A stretch of 60,054 bases of DNA, from the NCBI GenBank assembly GCA_964499905.1, contig CAZCPT010000001.1, forward strand, positions 1 through 60,054. Direction: 5' to 3'. The position numbers were made by a program, and so were the translations under genes. Positions 19,282-29,103 of this stretch are shown here, in pieces; position 1 is the first letter of the stretch, and each line of letters begins with the position of its first letter. The notes below the pieces were generated by a model that was not told where the DNA came from, did not search any database, and saw only the letters and a list, made by a program, of their open reading frames with translations. The stretch is from an uncultured Candidatus Saccharibacteria bacterium (lineage in GTDB: Bacteria; Patescibacteriota; Saccharimonadia; Saccharimonadales; Saccharimonadaceae).

Positions 19282-22200
19282 CTCTGACTTTGTCTTTTGA
19301 ATTTAACGGTCGCAAAGGCTAGGAGAATTGAGGAGGTAATAAATGCTAGGCGCCAGACGATAATTGAATCGGCTGTAGTAGGGTTATCTTCGGTACCGTT
19401 GCCATCACTTTGGCCACCGCCTTGTTGTCCACCATTTTCTCCACCATCGTCACCGCCTGCTTCAGAATTGGCAACTGTGAAGCCGGTTGATACACTGCCA
19501 TTGGTGTATTCAATAGTAAGTGTATGGTTGCCTACTTCAAGTGAATTGATGTAGTCTGGATTTAAAGTAACTACTGTACTACCCGCAACGGCCGTGTAGT
19601 TCGTCGCATCTACGGCTACATTGTCCACCTTGATACCTGTAAAGTCATTAATATCGCCACTTGCTTTGACCGTTAAGCCAGTCTCTGCGTCTGCTACGAT
19701 ATCGTGTGTTTGGTCGGCGCCTTCAAGAATAGTATAAGTTACTTCTACTGGCGTCATCGTGACGAGTATTGATAAGCTATTATGTATGTTGTTTATGTCG
19801 TTTGCACTGACCGTAGTGCCATTTACTGTCACTGTTAGATCTCTGCCAAATACTGTATTCTCGTTAGCAGGCAATAGATAAATTAATGCATAGTAGGTGC
19901 CATTTGCTTGCATTTCACCCGTAAATGCTGAGGAATTAAATGATTTATTTGTTACCCAGTAACCATAGTTGCCGTCTTCGCTCCATAGTTCGTAATTTGC
20001 GCCACTTGGAACAGAAACGTCTGGTTGTGGGGTTTGCGTATCCCAATCATCGCCTTGCATTTCAACTATTGTGCCTATAACGGGGCTGTTAGTAGTGAGA
20101 TTCACGGTAGTGACTTGAGTTTTACCCTCAAGTGTATCTACCCATTTAACATGAAGTGTAGTATTAGCTACGATTGGGCCACCAGTATATTCATTGTTGA
20201 ATCCACTATCCGTGTAGAATCCTTCAACCGCATAGGCGTTATATGTCATACCGACGATTTCGGCGCCGTTTGTTGCGACCGGAGCTTCTGGAGTATCACC
20301 GGCGACTACTCTTTGTGGTTCTACTACGTAGCTCGATGGTAAAATGTCTCCCAGATCAAAGTCTACGTCGTAAATCTTCTTCCAGTTAGCTACGAGTGTA
20401 ATGTTATCCATAACTGGTTCACCGAATTCATAGAATGATCCGCCTTGCGCCATTTCACCGGTATCTTCATTGACGATTTGCTCACCCACAGACCAGCCGA
20501 CAAATACATAGTTTTCTCCTTTATTGGTTTCACCTGGGTCTGTTGCGGCTGTACCGCCAGGAATTGTTTGGTTTTCTACACCAGAACCACCTCTGGTATC
20601 GAATTCAACGTCTACAGTTGTTCTTTTAGTTACAGTCCATAGCTTGTAGTGGATTACTACTGTGTAACCCTGTCTTAATCCTTCTTCTTGGCAGTTGTTC
20701 TCGCTTTCCACGATTTCATTTTGGTTGTTTACGCAAACAAGAGTCCAGGTTTCACCAGTTTTTTCTGCGAATTTGTATGGTGGGTTTGTTTCGAAAAGTG
20801 GGCCGTAGTTGAGGTTTTCATGTACACCAGCGCTTTCTTCAAAGACTTGCCTTCTTTCATTAATGAAGGCTTCCATATCTGTGCCATACGTGACTTCCAG
20901 GTTGTCCTCAGCTGGGTTTTCGTCTAGCGACCAGAACTCTGGCCTATCTGATGGGTCTGGACCTGGTTCTTCGCCACCTGCAGTTGGTTCCATCACCATG
21001 GTTGCAAGTGCTACGGTGCCGGAATAGTTCCATGAGTGAATTGCCCTATCATTGACATTTACTCTGATTGGCCAACCAAGTAGATGTTCGCCATCGGTGA
21101 TTGTGAACCTTACCTTAACTACGTATGATTGGTTTTCTTCAAATAATGCATCGCTATTTAATGGTTCTTCACATACCTCTAGTTCATCAGTGTCGCCGAT
21201 GCACCAATCTACAATCTCTGCAGTATAGATTTCGCTGCTTGAATTAATGCTAATAGTGTTAATTGCTTCGCCAATTACTGGGCCTGATACTGTCGCCTCA
21301 AACAGTGTGATTTCATTTTCCCCAATCCAGTTGACGAATAAGTCGAGATTGCCCTCTACTCTTATGATGTCACCCGGCCAAAGCGTTGCACGGCCAAATT
21401 CATCATCATAATACCAGTTGCCAAACGTCATACCATTTGGAGCAGTAAATTCACATTCCGGAATTTCGTATTCTTCGCCTCTTTGTACCACGACTGGTGT
21501 CATTTCGCCGGAGCCGGTTTCAATTCTAAAGTTAATCGTTCGTTCACCAGTGTCTTCAGTGTAATATGCATGGAGCGTTTCGTTCATGGTGAATTCATAG
21601 TCATCACCTGATAGATATGCTCCAACTGGCTGGTCTTCTTCATCCCATTCTTGCCATTCCTGGAACATCCATCCTTCTTTGTTTGGGATAGGAAGTTGCA
21701 TTATAGTACCAGCATTCCTGGTAATTGGCTCGATTGGTTCGCCACCATTTGTATCAAATTGTACAGTGTATGCTACTACGTTATCCGTATGAACGCGTGC
21801 AATTATCTGGAAGTCGTTTGTCCCCCAATAGCCAAATACTTCAGCTGGTGCTTCGCCGTTAACTGTGATATTTTCTAGTGTTTCAGGAGTAAAGGCATAG
21901 CCCTCTCTTGCAAAAACCAAAATCCTGACATAATAGTCAGTATCAGCGGCAAAAGTACCCTCAAATAATTCCTCACAATCGTGATTATCCCAATCTTCTG
22001 GGTCGCAAGTGCCAATTACCCAGTCTGGGTGGTCTGCAACATATTGTTCACTTTCGGTTGATACATCAGGAACAGTGCTTGGCTCCCAGACATCAAACTC
22101 TTCATTATAGGTAACCGTTACTGTCTCACCTACTTGTGGTGCAGATACAGTTAATTCGACTGATTCAATTGGAAGACCCCAGTCTGCATAGACTATAGTA

Positions 22201-23429
22201 TCTTCGTTAATACCGCCCTGTCCGTCAAAGTAGAGTGTACAGGTTGGATCTTCGAACCAGCCTTTAAATACATAGCCTTCTCGTTCTGGGTTTTCGATGA
22301 AGTCTACATCAATTCCTTCGTATGCTACGCCTTCAATAATGTCGCGTTCATCACCATAATAGTTTAAGTTGTAGGTGAGGTTATGTGGAACTACATCAAT
22401 CCATTCAAGAAAGATTTCTGTGTCTTCCCAAATTGGCACTTCCATGTCAATTTCTTCTTCGCACTCCGCATCCGCACAGATACCATATAGAAGCTTATTG
22501 GTATTTGGATGGGTAGGGGTGATGCCAGTGTTTCCTAGTATTTCTTCTAGAGATTGACCTTCTAGACCATCAAATACGTTTGGACTAATTGGATTACCAC
22601 CGTTTACGTTTACGGTGACGTGAATTATTTTTCTAGTAACAGGTGCAAAAGTAATCTCATCAGATACCATATAGTTTAAAGTTGTTTCTTCTGTGAGACG
22701 CTCGTCTGTTGTAAATACAGTGGCATATTCTCCCTCTTCTTCGTGACCGGTCCACCAACCTTCAAAGACATAACCTTCTGCTACGTTAGCGACTAGTGTT
22801 ACCTCATCGTAGTCTAGTACGTTAAAATCAGACGACTCACTGTATTCGCCCCACTCTTCACCATATACACTTACCGTGTAGGTACCATGGAACATTGATG
22901 TGTTCACATGAAAATCAATAGGCACATGGTCTGGTGGTAGATACTCAGCCGGGCCGAGATCGATAATGGCGTAAATTGAGTGTTCATTATTAATTGATAC
23001 TTCTGTATAACCGTATGTGTATTCATTCTCATTAAAAATTATTGTGTAGTTCTCTGGATTTTGATCAAACACATATTCATTATCATCAGTTTCAAGGAGG
23101 ATTCTTAATGCATAATGTGTGCCGTTGACTACCGCGTATGGGTCATCTTCGCCAAAGCCGTGCCACGTTGAGTGTTCTTCACCCCATTGTAGCCACGTGG
23201 TATTACTACCATATGGTTCAGCTACTACATGTTCAGTATAGCTAGTTATGTCGTATTCAAATAGCGGGCCTTCCGTTATAACACTCCAAGCAGCATCGCT
23301 AGACAGTGTTAGCGTATTGATAGTTGTTTCGGCAAATGTATTTGTTGCCTTCAATATCTGCAATGTACCTGCCACAGCAAAAGCAATCACTGCCGCGAGT
23401 GACAGATATTTTAGTTTTAGTTTTCTCAT
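19278..23429 (-). CDS. 1383-aa acidic cell-surface protein with InlB B-repeats and a sortase sorting signal
   Basis: Signal peptide; repeated FDT.GG...P...GY.F.GW...W motifs; C-terminal Gly linker, NPTTA, hydrophobic helix and basic tail KFKRQSQR. Confidence 0.88.
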   Translation of the reverse strand: MRKLKLKYLSLAAVIAFAVAGTLQILKATNTFAETTINTLTLSSDAAWSVITEGPLFEYDITSYTEHVVAEPYGSNTTWLQWGEEHSTWHGFGEDDPYAVVNGTHYALRILLETDDNEYVFDQNPENYTIIFNENEYTYGYTEVSINNEHSIYAIIDLGPAEYLPPDHVPIDFHVNTSMFHGTYTVSVYGEEWGEYSESSDFNVLDYDEVTLVANVAEGYVFEGWWTGHEEEGEYATVFTTDERLTEETTLNYMVSDEITFAPVTRKIIHVTVNVNGGNPISPNVFDGLEGQSLEEILGNTGITPTHPNTNKLLYGICADAECEEEIDMEVPIWEDTEIFLEWIDVVPHNLTYNLNYYGDERDIIEGVAYEGIDVDFIENPEREGYVFKGWFEDPTCTLYFDGQGGINEDTIVYADWGLPIESVELTVSAPQVGETVTVTYNEEFDVWEPSTVPDVSTESEQYVADHPDWVIGTCDPEDWDNHDCEELFEGTFAADTDYYVRILVFAREGYAFTPETLENITVNGEAPAEVFGYWGTNDFQIIARVHTDNVVAYTVQFDTNGGEPIEPITRNAGTIMQLPIPNKEGWMFQEWQEWDEEDQPVGAYLSGDDYEFTMNETLHAYYTEDTGERTINFRIETGSGEMTPVVVQRGEEYEIPECEFTAPNGMTFGNWYYDDEFGRATLWPGDIIRVEGNLDLFVNWIGENEITLFEATVSGPVIGEAINTISINSSSEIYTAEIVDWCIGDTDELEVCEEPLNSDALFEENQSYVVKVRFTITDGEHLLGWPIRVNVNDRAIHSWNYSGTVALATMVMEPTAGGEEPGPDPSDRPEFWSLDENPAEDNLEVTYGTDMEAFINERRQVFEESAGVHENLNYGPLFETNPPYKFAEKTGETWTLVCVNNQNEIVESENNCQEEGLRQGYTVVIHYKLWTVTKRTTVDVEFDTRGGSGVENQTIPGGTAATDPGETNKGENYVFVGWSVGEQIVNEDTGEMAQGGSFYEFGEPVMDNITLVANWKKIYDVDFDLGDILPSSYVVEPQRVVAGDTPEAPVATNGAEIVGMTYNAYAVEGFYTDSGFNNEYTGGPIVANTTLHVKWVDTLEGKTQVTTVNLTTNSPVIGTIVEMQGDDWDTQTPQPDVSVPSGANYELWSEDGNYGYWVTNKSFNSSAFTGEMQANGTYYALIYLLPANENTVFGRDLTVTVNGTTVSANDINNIHNSLSILVTMTPVEVTYTILEGADQTHDIVADAETGLTVKASGDINDFTGIKVDNVAVDATNYTAVAGSTVVTLNPDYINSLEVGNHTLTIEYTNGSVSTGFTVANSEAGGDDGGENGGQQGGGQSDGNGTEDNPTTADSIIVWRLAFITSSILLAFATVKFKRQSQR

Positions 23430-23516
23430 CTAATTACCTCCTTGAAAAATAGATGCATAACCTTTATTTAAAACTATTGTAACATTATATTGCGTTTATG
23501 TATATATTAATATATA

Positions 23517-23549
23517 AAAAATCACCCCGCTTTTTACAGAGTGATTTTT
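23517..23549 (-). terminator. Intrinsic terminator of the DUF5684-like gene
   Basis: Minus strand AAAATCACTCTGT-AAAAA-GCGGGGTGATTTTT with G-U pairs. Confidence 0.6.
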
Positions 23550-23557
23550 ATTGTTTG

Positions 23558-24109
23558 TTAAGCTTCTTCTAGAACAGCCTTTTTATGATATTTTGCTTTG
23601 CCAAGACCTAGAATTAACCAACAAATATCGGGGAAGAAGAATAGACAAACCGCAAAACCGGTACTTTTACCAAAGGCTTTGGCGCCGTTTCTAGCTACCC
23701 AAATAAGCGTCACAATCCCAATTATTGATGAGGCGACGTTGCCGATTATCGCTTGTGGGGTATCATAACCCTTAAGTACTACTTGTATTTCTTTACCTAC
23801 AATTGCGAATTCCGTGCTGGTGCCTGAGGTCATAATGCTTGTAATAACTATGCCACCGAGTAGAGTCCAGAACCACCATTCTTTAATGCCAAGAATCTTA
23901 AAGAAAATATATATATTATAGAATGGGATAAGTGATTTCCATCCTTTTTCGCCGGCCTTTTCAAATACTTTCCAAGCCGCAATAATTTGTAATACGGCGA
24001 ATATGATTGCAATTCCTACAAAGAATGCAACTATCCCACCTACTACGCAGCCACCGATGAAGGATTCGGTTTTTGAATAGCCTTCTAGCAGTGCTTCCAG
24101 TTGTTCCAT
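23558..24109 (-). CDS. DUF5684-like membrane protein
   Basis: WKVFEKAGEKGWKSLIPFYN and AKAFGKS.GF...L.LG.G.A.Y motifs. Confidence 0.8.
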   Translation of the reverse strand: MEQLEALLEGYSKTESFIGGCVVGGIVAFFVGIAIIFAVLQIIAAWKVFEKAGEKGWKSLIPFYNIYIFFKILGIKEWWFWTLLGGIVITSIMTSGTSTEFAIVGKEIQVVLKGYDTPQAIIGNVASSIIGIVTLIWVARNGAKAFGKSTGFAVCLFFFPDICWLILGLGKAKYHKKAVLEEA

Positions 24110-24168
24110 ATATTACTCCTTAATTTTTCTTCATTATAACATATAAAGTATGGTATAATGTTTCTATT

Positions 24169-24244
24169 GCCGACTTAGCTCAGCTGGTAGAGCAACGGTT
24201 TTGTAAACCGTAGGTCGTCGGTTCAAGCCCGACAGTCGGCTCCA
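24169..24244 (+). tRNA. tRNA-Thr(TGT)
   Basis: 76-nt cloverleaf, anticodon arm ACGGT-TT-TGT-AA-ACCGT, CCA end; TGGTATAAT at 24151-24159. Confidence 0.97.
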
Positions 24245-24258
24245 TGTAATAATTACTT

Positions 24259-24422
24259 TGCACATCGAACTAGTCCTCTGGAGCCGTGCTGACGCATCGG
24301 CTCCTTTTATATTTCCGTGCACATCATGCTTGATCTTCTGGAGCCGTGCTGACGCATCGGCTCCTTTTATATTTCCGTGCACATCATGCTTGATCTTCTG
24401 GAGCCGTGCTGACGCATCGGCT
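24259..24422 (+). repeat. 60-bp tandem repeat with a hairpin in each unit, downstream of tRNA-Thr
   Basis: Exact period 60 from 24277 to 24422, degenerate first unit from 24259; hairpin GGAGCCG-TGC-TGAC-GCA-T-CGGCTCC at 24280 and 24340, with a 3'-altered copy at 24400. Confidence 0.95.
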
Positions 24423-24446
24423 ACTATTTGTGGTATAATCATTCTT

Positions 24447-25562
24447 ATGGATATATTTTTAGGTGTTATTGGGGTAATAATTATAATTCTTCTGCTCGTT
24501 TTGATTTTTAAAAAACCGAGTGGCGAAAAATCTTCTGATTTTAAATCAATGGAAGAACGCTTAATCCGCATGGAGGGGCATGTTAAAGAGATTAATCCTT
24601 CTATCGATCGTAATTTCCGCGAAAATCGTAAGGAAATTGCGGATAATTTGGAGCGTCTCCAGGCTGGAAATGAAAAGAAGCTTGAAGAAATGCGCGAGAC
24701 AGTAGATGAAAAGCTTAAAGCATCAGTCGAAAAGCGCTTTAATGAAAGTTTTAAGTCTATTTCTACGCAACTTACTCAGGTTTATCAAGGCCTTGGCGAA
24801 ATGAAGAGCATGGCAACCGAAGTCGGCGATTTAAAGAAGGTCATGGAGGGTGTTAAAACCCGTGGTATTTATGGCGAAGTACAACTCGGTGCAATTATCG
24901 GGGACATGTTAAATAAATCTCAATATGAAGAAAATATTGCTACAAAACCTGGTTCACCCGACCGCGTTGAGTTCGCAATTAAGATGCCAGGGAAAGAAGA
25001 TAATGTGTATCTTCCGATTGATTCTAAATTCCCAGTAGAGAATTATTCACGATTAATTGCTGCCTACGATGAAGGTAATAAGGCCGATATCATAACATAT
25101 CAAAAAGCGCTCGCAAATGACGTAAAAGAGCAAGCAAAGAAGATTTCTTCAAAATATATTGAGCCGCCAATGACAACTGAATTTGGTATCATGTTTGTAC
25201 CGACTGAATCGCTTTATGCTGAAATTATCCGTATTCCTGGTTTGTCCGATGAGATTCGTAAGAAACTCAAAATTACTATTGCTTCACCATCCACTCTACC
25301 AGTAATGCTAAATGGCCTCGTGATGGGTTTTCGTACACTCGCAATCGAAAAGCGTTCGGCCGACGTTTGGCAAACTCTCGGCGCCGTTAAGACGCAATTC
25401 GGCAAGTTTGGAGATTTACTTGAAGGGGTCCAAAAGAAGCTTGAAGAATCTGCTAATAAGATTGAGTCTGCAAAGACCACTTCTCGCCAGATTGAAAGAA
25501 AACTCCGTGACGTAGAAGAACTACCAGAATCGGAATCAGTTAAATTAATTGGTGAAGTTTAA
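24447..25562 (+). CDS. rmuC: DNA recombination protein RmuC (start moved to MDIFLG)
   Basis: N-terminal TM, coiled coil, KTRGIYGEVQL, LPIDSKFP, MFVPTESLYAE; TGGTATAAT 7 nt before ATG. Confidence 0.92.
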   Translation: MDIFLGVIGVIIIILLLVLIFKKPSGEKSSDFKSMEERLIRMEGHVKEINPSIDRNFRENRKEIADNLERLQAGNEKKLEEMRETVDEKLKASVEKRFNESFKSISTQLTQVYQGLGEMKSMATEVGDLKKVMEGVKTRGIYGEVQLGAIIGDMLNKSQYEENIATKPGSPDRVEFAIKMPGKEDNVYLPIDSKFPVENYSRLIAAYDEGNKADIITYQKALANDVKEQAKKISSKYIEPPMTTEFGIMFVPTESLYAEIIRIPGLSDEIRKKLKITIASPSTLPVMLNGLVMGFRTLAIEKRSADVWQTLGAVKTQFGKFGDLLEGVQKKLEESANKIESAKTTSRQIERKLRDVEELPESESVKLIGEV

Positions 25563-26227
25563 AACGTTCTAATCTTTTCAAATGGAAAAAGCCTCAAAGC
25601 GACCGGGCCAATAATACGGCAATATGGAATTGTGCCGAGGCCATTTCTAGAGTCCCACGAGTTTGAGCCTTCACGATTGTCACCAGACACAAACAATTCG
25701 CCTTTTGGAACAGTGATGTCAATTTCGCCACTAGTATATTCTTTTGGACCATCATCAGCAGAATGGCGCCATTCATTGTCGTAAACAAATCCATCTGGAT
25801 GTTCTTCGTTATAAATCTTCATTGTGCCGGATTTCACCACTACTCTTTCGCCAGGAAAGGCAATTACACGTTTAATAATATATTGATCTGCTACATTGGA
25901 TGGGACAGTACAAGTAACAGGGTTAGAAACGCCCTCTGCTTGGTATTTTTTGACTAATTCCTCGTTTTCATTCATAAAGACAATAATTTGGCCACGTTCT
26001 GGCACATATTCTTGGCCGGTAAAGTGCGCCCAAGACATCGCAGCACGGTTTACAATTACACGGTCGTCGTTATGTAGGGTGTTTTCCATACTCACACCTA
26101 CTACGTTATAAGAACGGTATATATATGTATTTAAAAATAGAGTGCCTAATACGATTGCAATTACAAACCCAGCAAGACTGAATATATCTTTTAGCAAAGG
26201 ATGCTTCTGAAAAAATGTTGGTTTCAT
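25559..26227 (-). CDS. lepB: Signal peptidase I (start moved to MKPTFF)
   Basis: GVSMENTL (Ser), IKRVIAFPGE (Lys), GDNR...SWDSR. Confidence 0.93.
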   Translation of the reverse strand: MKPTFFQKHPLLKDIFSLAGFVIAIVLGTLFLNTYIYRSYNVVGVSMENTLHNDDRVIVNRAAMSWAHFTGQEYVPERGQIIVFMNENEELVKKYQAEGVSNPVTCTVPSNVADQYIIKRVIAFPGERVVVKSGTMKIYNEEHPDGFVYDNEWRHSADDGPKEYTSGEIDITVPKGELFVSGDNREGSNSWDSRNGLGTIPYCRIIGPVALRLFPFEKIRTF

Positions 26228-26284
26228 GAAAAACATTATAGCACTTTTAAGCTTAAATTAAATAATTTGGTATAATATATAGGT

Positions 26285-27067
26285 ATGGCAGACTTCATAC
26301 TAGCAAGAAAATCTAGAAACATCGCAAGTAGCATTGTGCATGTATTATTGAATATTTTGCTTGGTATCAGCGCCGTTTTAATCACTGTATTTAGCGCAAG
26401 CCCACTCTTAGGTATTCTTTTAGTTTTAGTTTCAAAGTGGCGCATTTTTGCCGTGAGGCGACGCTACGTGATGGTTAATCTAAAATCCAACCTGGTAGAT
26501 CTCATTGTTGGGCTTAGTATTGTGATTTTGGCTTATTATGCTGGCCACTCACTTCTATTTGTACACTTCGTTTTAATGTTCATCTATGTCATTTGGCTAC
26601 TCGCTATTAAACCATTGTCTTCTGAGACGGGAAATCTCATTCAATCTCTTGTTTCAGTATTTCTAGGCATTTCTGCCACTACTATTATGACCGTTAGTTT
26701 AGATCCGATTTTTGCTGTTCTACTTGCGTTCTTAGTTGGTTATGCCGCAAGTCGACACGTGTTAGTCCAAACTAATAGCGGTGACTTTAAACTTACTACG
26801 CTTGTTTGTGGCCTTGTCTTTGCCGAGATTGCTTGGATGTGTTATTTTTGGCAGATTATTTACACATTTGGCGGGACTGGCATTAGAATCCCGCAAGTTG
26901 CCATCATATTAACTATCTTTGCTTTCATTTATAACTATGCACGTCAGGCAATGGTAAGATACCAAGAAGATTTTAGGTTTACACATATTTTGGGTCCAGT
27001 ATTATTTGGCGTGGTGCTGGTAGGCGTAATTGTAATTTGGTTTAGTAATCCAATATTTAGTATCTAA
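26285..27067 (+). CDS. Polytopic membrane protein, function unknown
   Basis: 260 aa, about 8 hydrophobic segments. Confidence 0.8.
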   Translation: MADFILARKSRNIASSIVHVLLNILLGISAVLITVFSASPLLGILLVLVSKWRIFAVRRRYVMVNLKSNLVDLIVGLSIVILAYYAGHSLLFVHFVLMFIYVIWLLAIKPLSSETGNLIQSLVSVFLGISATTIMTVSLDPIFAVLLAFLVGYAASRHVLVQTNSGDFKLTTLVCGLVFAEIAWMCYFWQIIYTFGGTGIRIPQVAIILTIFAFIYNYARQAMVRYQEDFRFTHILGPVLFGVVLVGVIVIWFSNPIFSI

Positions 27068-27075
27068 GGAGGAAA

Positions 27076-28317
27076 ATGGACACAAACGAAGAGGGCAAGA
27101 TTTCTGAAGCGGAGATTAAGACAGAAAATACTCCTGTAGCTATCGAAGTTAAAGAAACACCAATCCCAGTAATTATTACCGATAATGACAATGCAAGGAA
27201 TAGGTCTAATGGCCCAACTATTCTAGCTTGCCTTGCACTACTACTTGGCATAGCTGGGCTAGCGCTTGGCTGGGTAGCCCTTGAAACCGCCTTAAAACCT
27301 GTTACGATTTTATCTTCTGGCACCGACGGCAATTCGGCGAATTTCGTTGAAGGATCAATCGCCGATGTTGCAGATAAAGTTTCTGAGAGTGTAGTTTCAA
27401 TCGTATGTTCCACCAAATCCGTAAGTTTCTTTGGTAAAAGCTATACATCTGGCGCTTCTGGTACAGGCATTATTGTTTCTAGTGACGGTTACATTCTTAC
27501 TAATAAGCACGTAATTGACGGCGCTACTACAATTAACGTTGTCCTTGCTGACGGGACCACATACGAAGATGTTAAACTCGCTACAACCGATCCGTTAAAT
27601 GATGTTGCATTTATTAAAATTGCGGATGTTTCCGACTTAAAAGCGGCAACTCTCGGTGATTCAAAAACTATTAATGTTGGTCAGCAGGTAATCGCAATTG
27701 GTAATGCGCTTGGGCAATACCAAAATACTGTCACTTCCGGTATTATTTCGGGCACCGGGCGTTCACTTACTGCTTCTGACGAAAGTGGCTCTTTAACAGA
27801 AACTTTGTCTGATATGATCCAAACTGATGCAGCCATTAATTCCGGTAATTCTGGTGGCCCACTCGTAAATGCGGCTGGCGAAGTGATTGGTATTAATACC
27901 GCCACTTCTGTTGATGGTGAGAATGTTGGATTTGCTATTCCAATTTCTAGTATTAAAGGAATGCTTGGCCAACTCGTAGAAACCGGTGAAGCCAAGCGTG
28001 CATATGTTGGTGTTTATAGTATTGACATTACTCCTGAGGTCGCAAAACAATATCAACTTCCGGTTTCTTCTGGTACATATGTATATAACTCCGAAGCATA
28101 TTCTGCAATTCTTAGTGGTAGTCCGGCAGCTAAAGCCGGTATTCACGACAAAGATATCATCACAGCGGTTAACGGTGTAAAGGTCGGTGTGGCCGGCTCG
28201 CTGTCTTCACTGGTAGGCGAATACAAGCCTGGCGACACCGTATCTCTCACGGTTTATCGCGATGGGAAAGAAGTGGGCATTAAAGTTGAACTTGGTGCTT
28301 ACACGCCAACAAAGTAA
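27076..28317 (+). CDS. htrA: HtrA/DegP-type serine protease with one PDZ domain
   Basis: GYILTNKHV, QTDAAINSGNSGGPL, C-terminal PDZ, N-terminal TM; SD AAGGAGG. Confidence 0.93.
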   Translation: MDTNEEGKISEAEIKTENTPVAIEVKETPIPVIITDNDNARNRSNGPTILACLALLLGIAGLALGWVALETALKPVTILSSGTDGNSANFVEGSIADVADKVSESVVSIVCSTKSVSFFGKSYTSGASGTGIIVSSDGYILTNKHVIDGATTINVVLADGTTYEDVKLATTDPLNDVAFIKIADVSDLKAATLGDSKTINVGQQVIAIGNALGQYQNTVTSGIISGTGRSLTASDESGSLTETLSDMIQTDAAINSGNSGGPLVNAAGEVIGINTATSVDGENVGFAIPISSIKGMLGQLVETGEAKRAYVGVYSIDITPEVAKQYQLPVSSGTYVYNSEAYSAILSGSPAAKAGIHDKDIITAVNGVKVGVAGSLSSLVGEYKPGDTVSLTVYRDGKEVGIKVELGAYTPTK

Positions 28318-29102
28318 AGGATGAAATTCCGGGTCTCGACAAGTTCGAGGCCTTTTTTCTTGCAAAGCTCTATAATCTTTTCGTGTTGGCTTGGATCCGA
28401 TTCAAGAACCAAGTGTCTAGCGTCCGGTCTTGCAGCCGCTTGATTAATTAATTCATATATTAAGGCTAGGCCATCATTTGAAGCATATAAAGCCGAGAGT
28501 GGTTCATATTGTAGGCTTTCAAAATCTAGCCAATCCCAAGTCTTGTTTACATATGGTAGATTAGCCACGATGATATCTATATTATTATCTAGAATACTAT
28601 TTAATAAATCAGACTTTTTAATAATAATGTCTGCTTTTAGGTTTTCACTGTTTTTCTTAGCTACTTCTAGAGCTCCGTCAGAATTATCTATTGCAACTAC
28701 TTTTGCGTTCGGTATTTCTAGTTTGGCGGTAATAGCGATACAACCAGAACCGGTGCCGATGTCATATATAATAGGATACTCAATTCGATTTTTAGTAACT
28801 ATTTCTTTAATGATATCAATGGCATCTTCGGTTTCCGGGCGGGGAATCAGAACGTTTTCGTCAACATAGAATTCTCTACCATAAAACTCTTTACTGTTAA
28901 TAATATATGCTAGGGGTTTATTCTTAATTCTTTCACTAAGATAATAATTAGCTTTTTCTTCTTCGACGTCGGTCAAAAAGCGTGTATCATGCGTTACTAG
29001 ATATGTGCGATCTTTTTCTCTTAATATATTTAATAGAATTAGCTCAGCATCAATACTTGGCACTTTAGCTTTTGCTTTTTCGAGCCAACTAGCAATATTC
29101 AT
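28299..29102 (-). CDS. prmC: Release factor glutamine methyltransferase (HemK)
   Basis: VLIPRPETE, DIGTGSGCIA, ANLPY; directly downstream of prfA. Confidence 0.93.
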   Translation of the reverse strand: MNIASWLEKAKAKVPSIDAELILLNILREKDRTYLVTHDTRFLTDVEEEKANYYLSERIKNKPLAYIINSKEFYGREFYVDENVLIPRPETEDAIDIIKEIVTKNRIEYPIIYDIGTGSGCIAITAKLEIPNAKVVAIDNSDGALEVAKKNSENLKADIIIKKSDLLNSILDNNIDIIVANLPYVNKTWDWLDFESLQYEPLSALYASNDGLALIYELINQAAARPDARHLVLESDPSQHEKIIELCKKKGLELVETRNFILYFVGV

Positions 29103-29103
29103 C

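Noticed and set aside
24259-24422. Mini CRISPR array (26-nt palindromic repeat with 34-nt spacers)
   Set aside because: The two spacers are identical and no cas genes are present; it is a tandem repeat
24164-24571. Track ORF 24164..24571 (-) and the N-terminal extension of rmuC from 24258
   Set aside because: Both read through the tRNA or the 60-bp repeat, which is stop-free and a multiple of 3; rmuC has a better start at 24447
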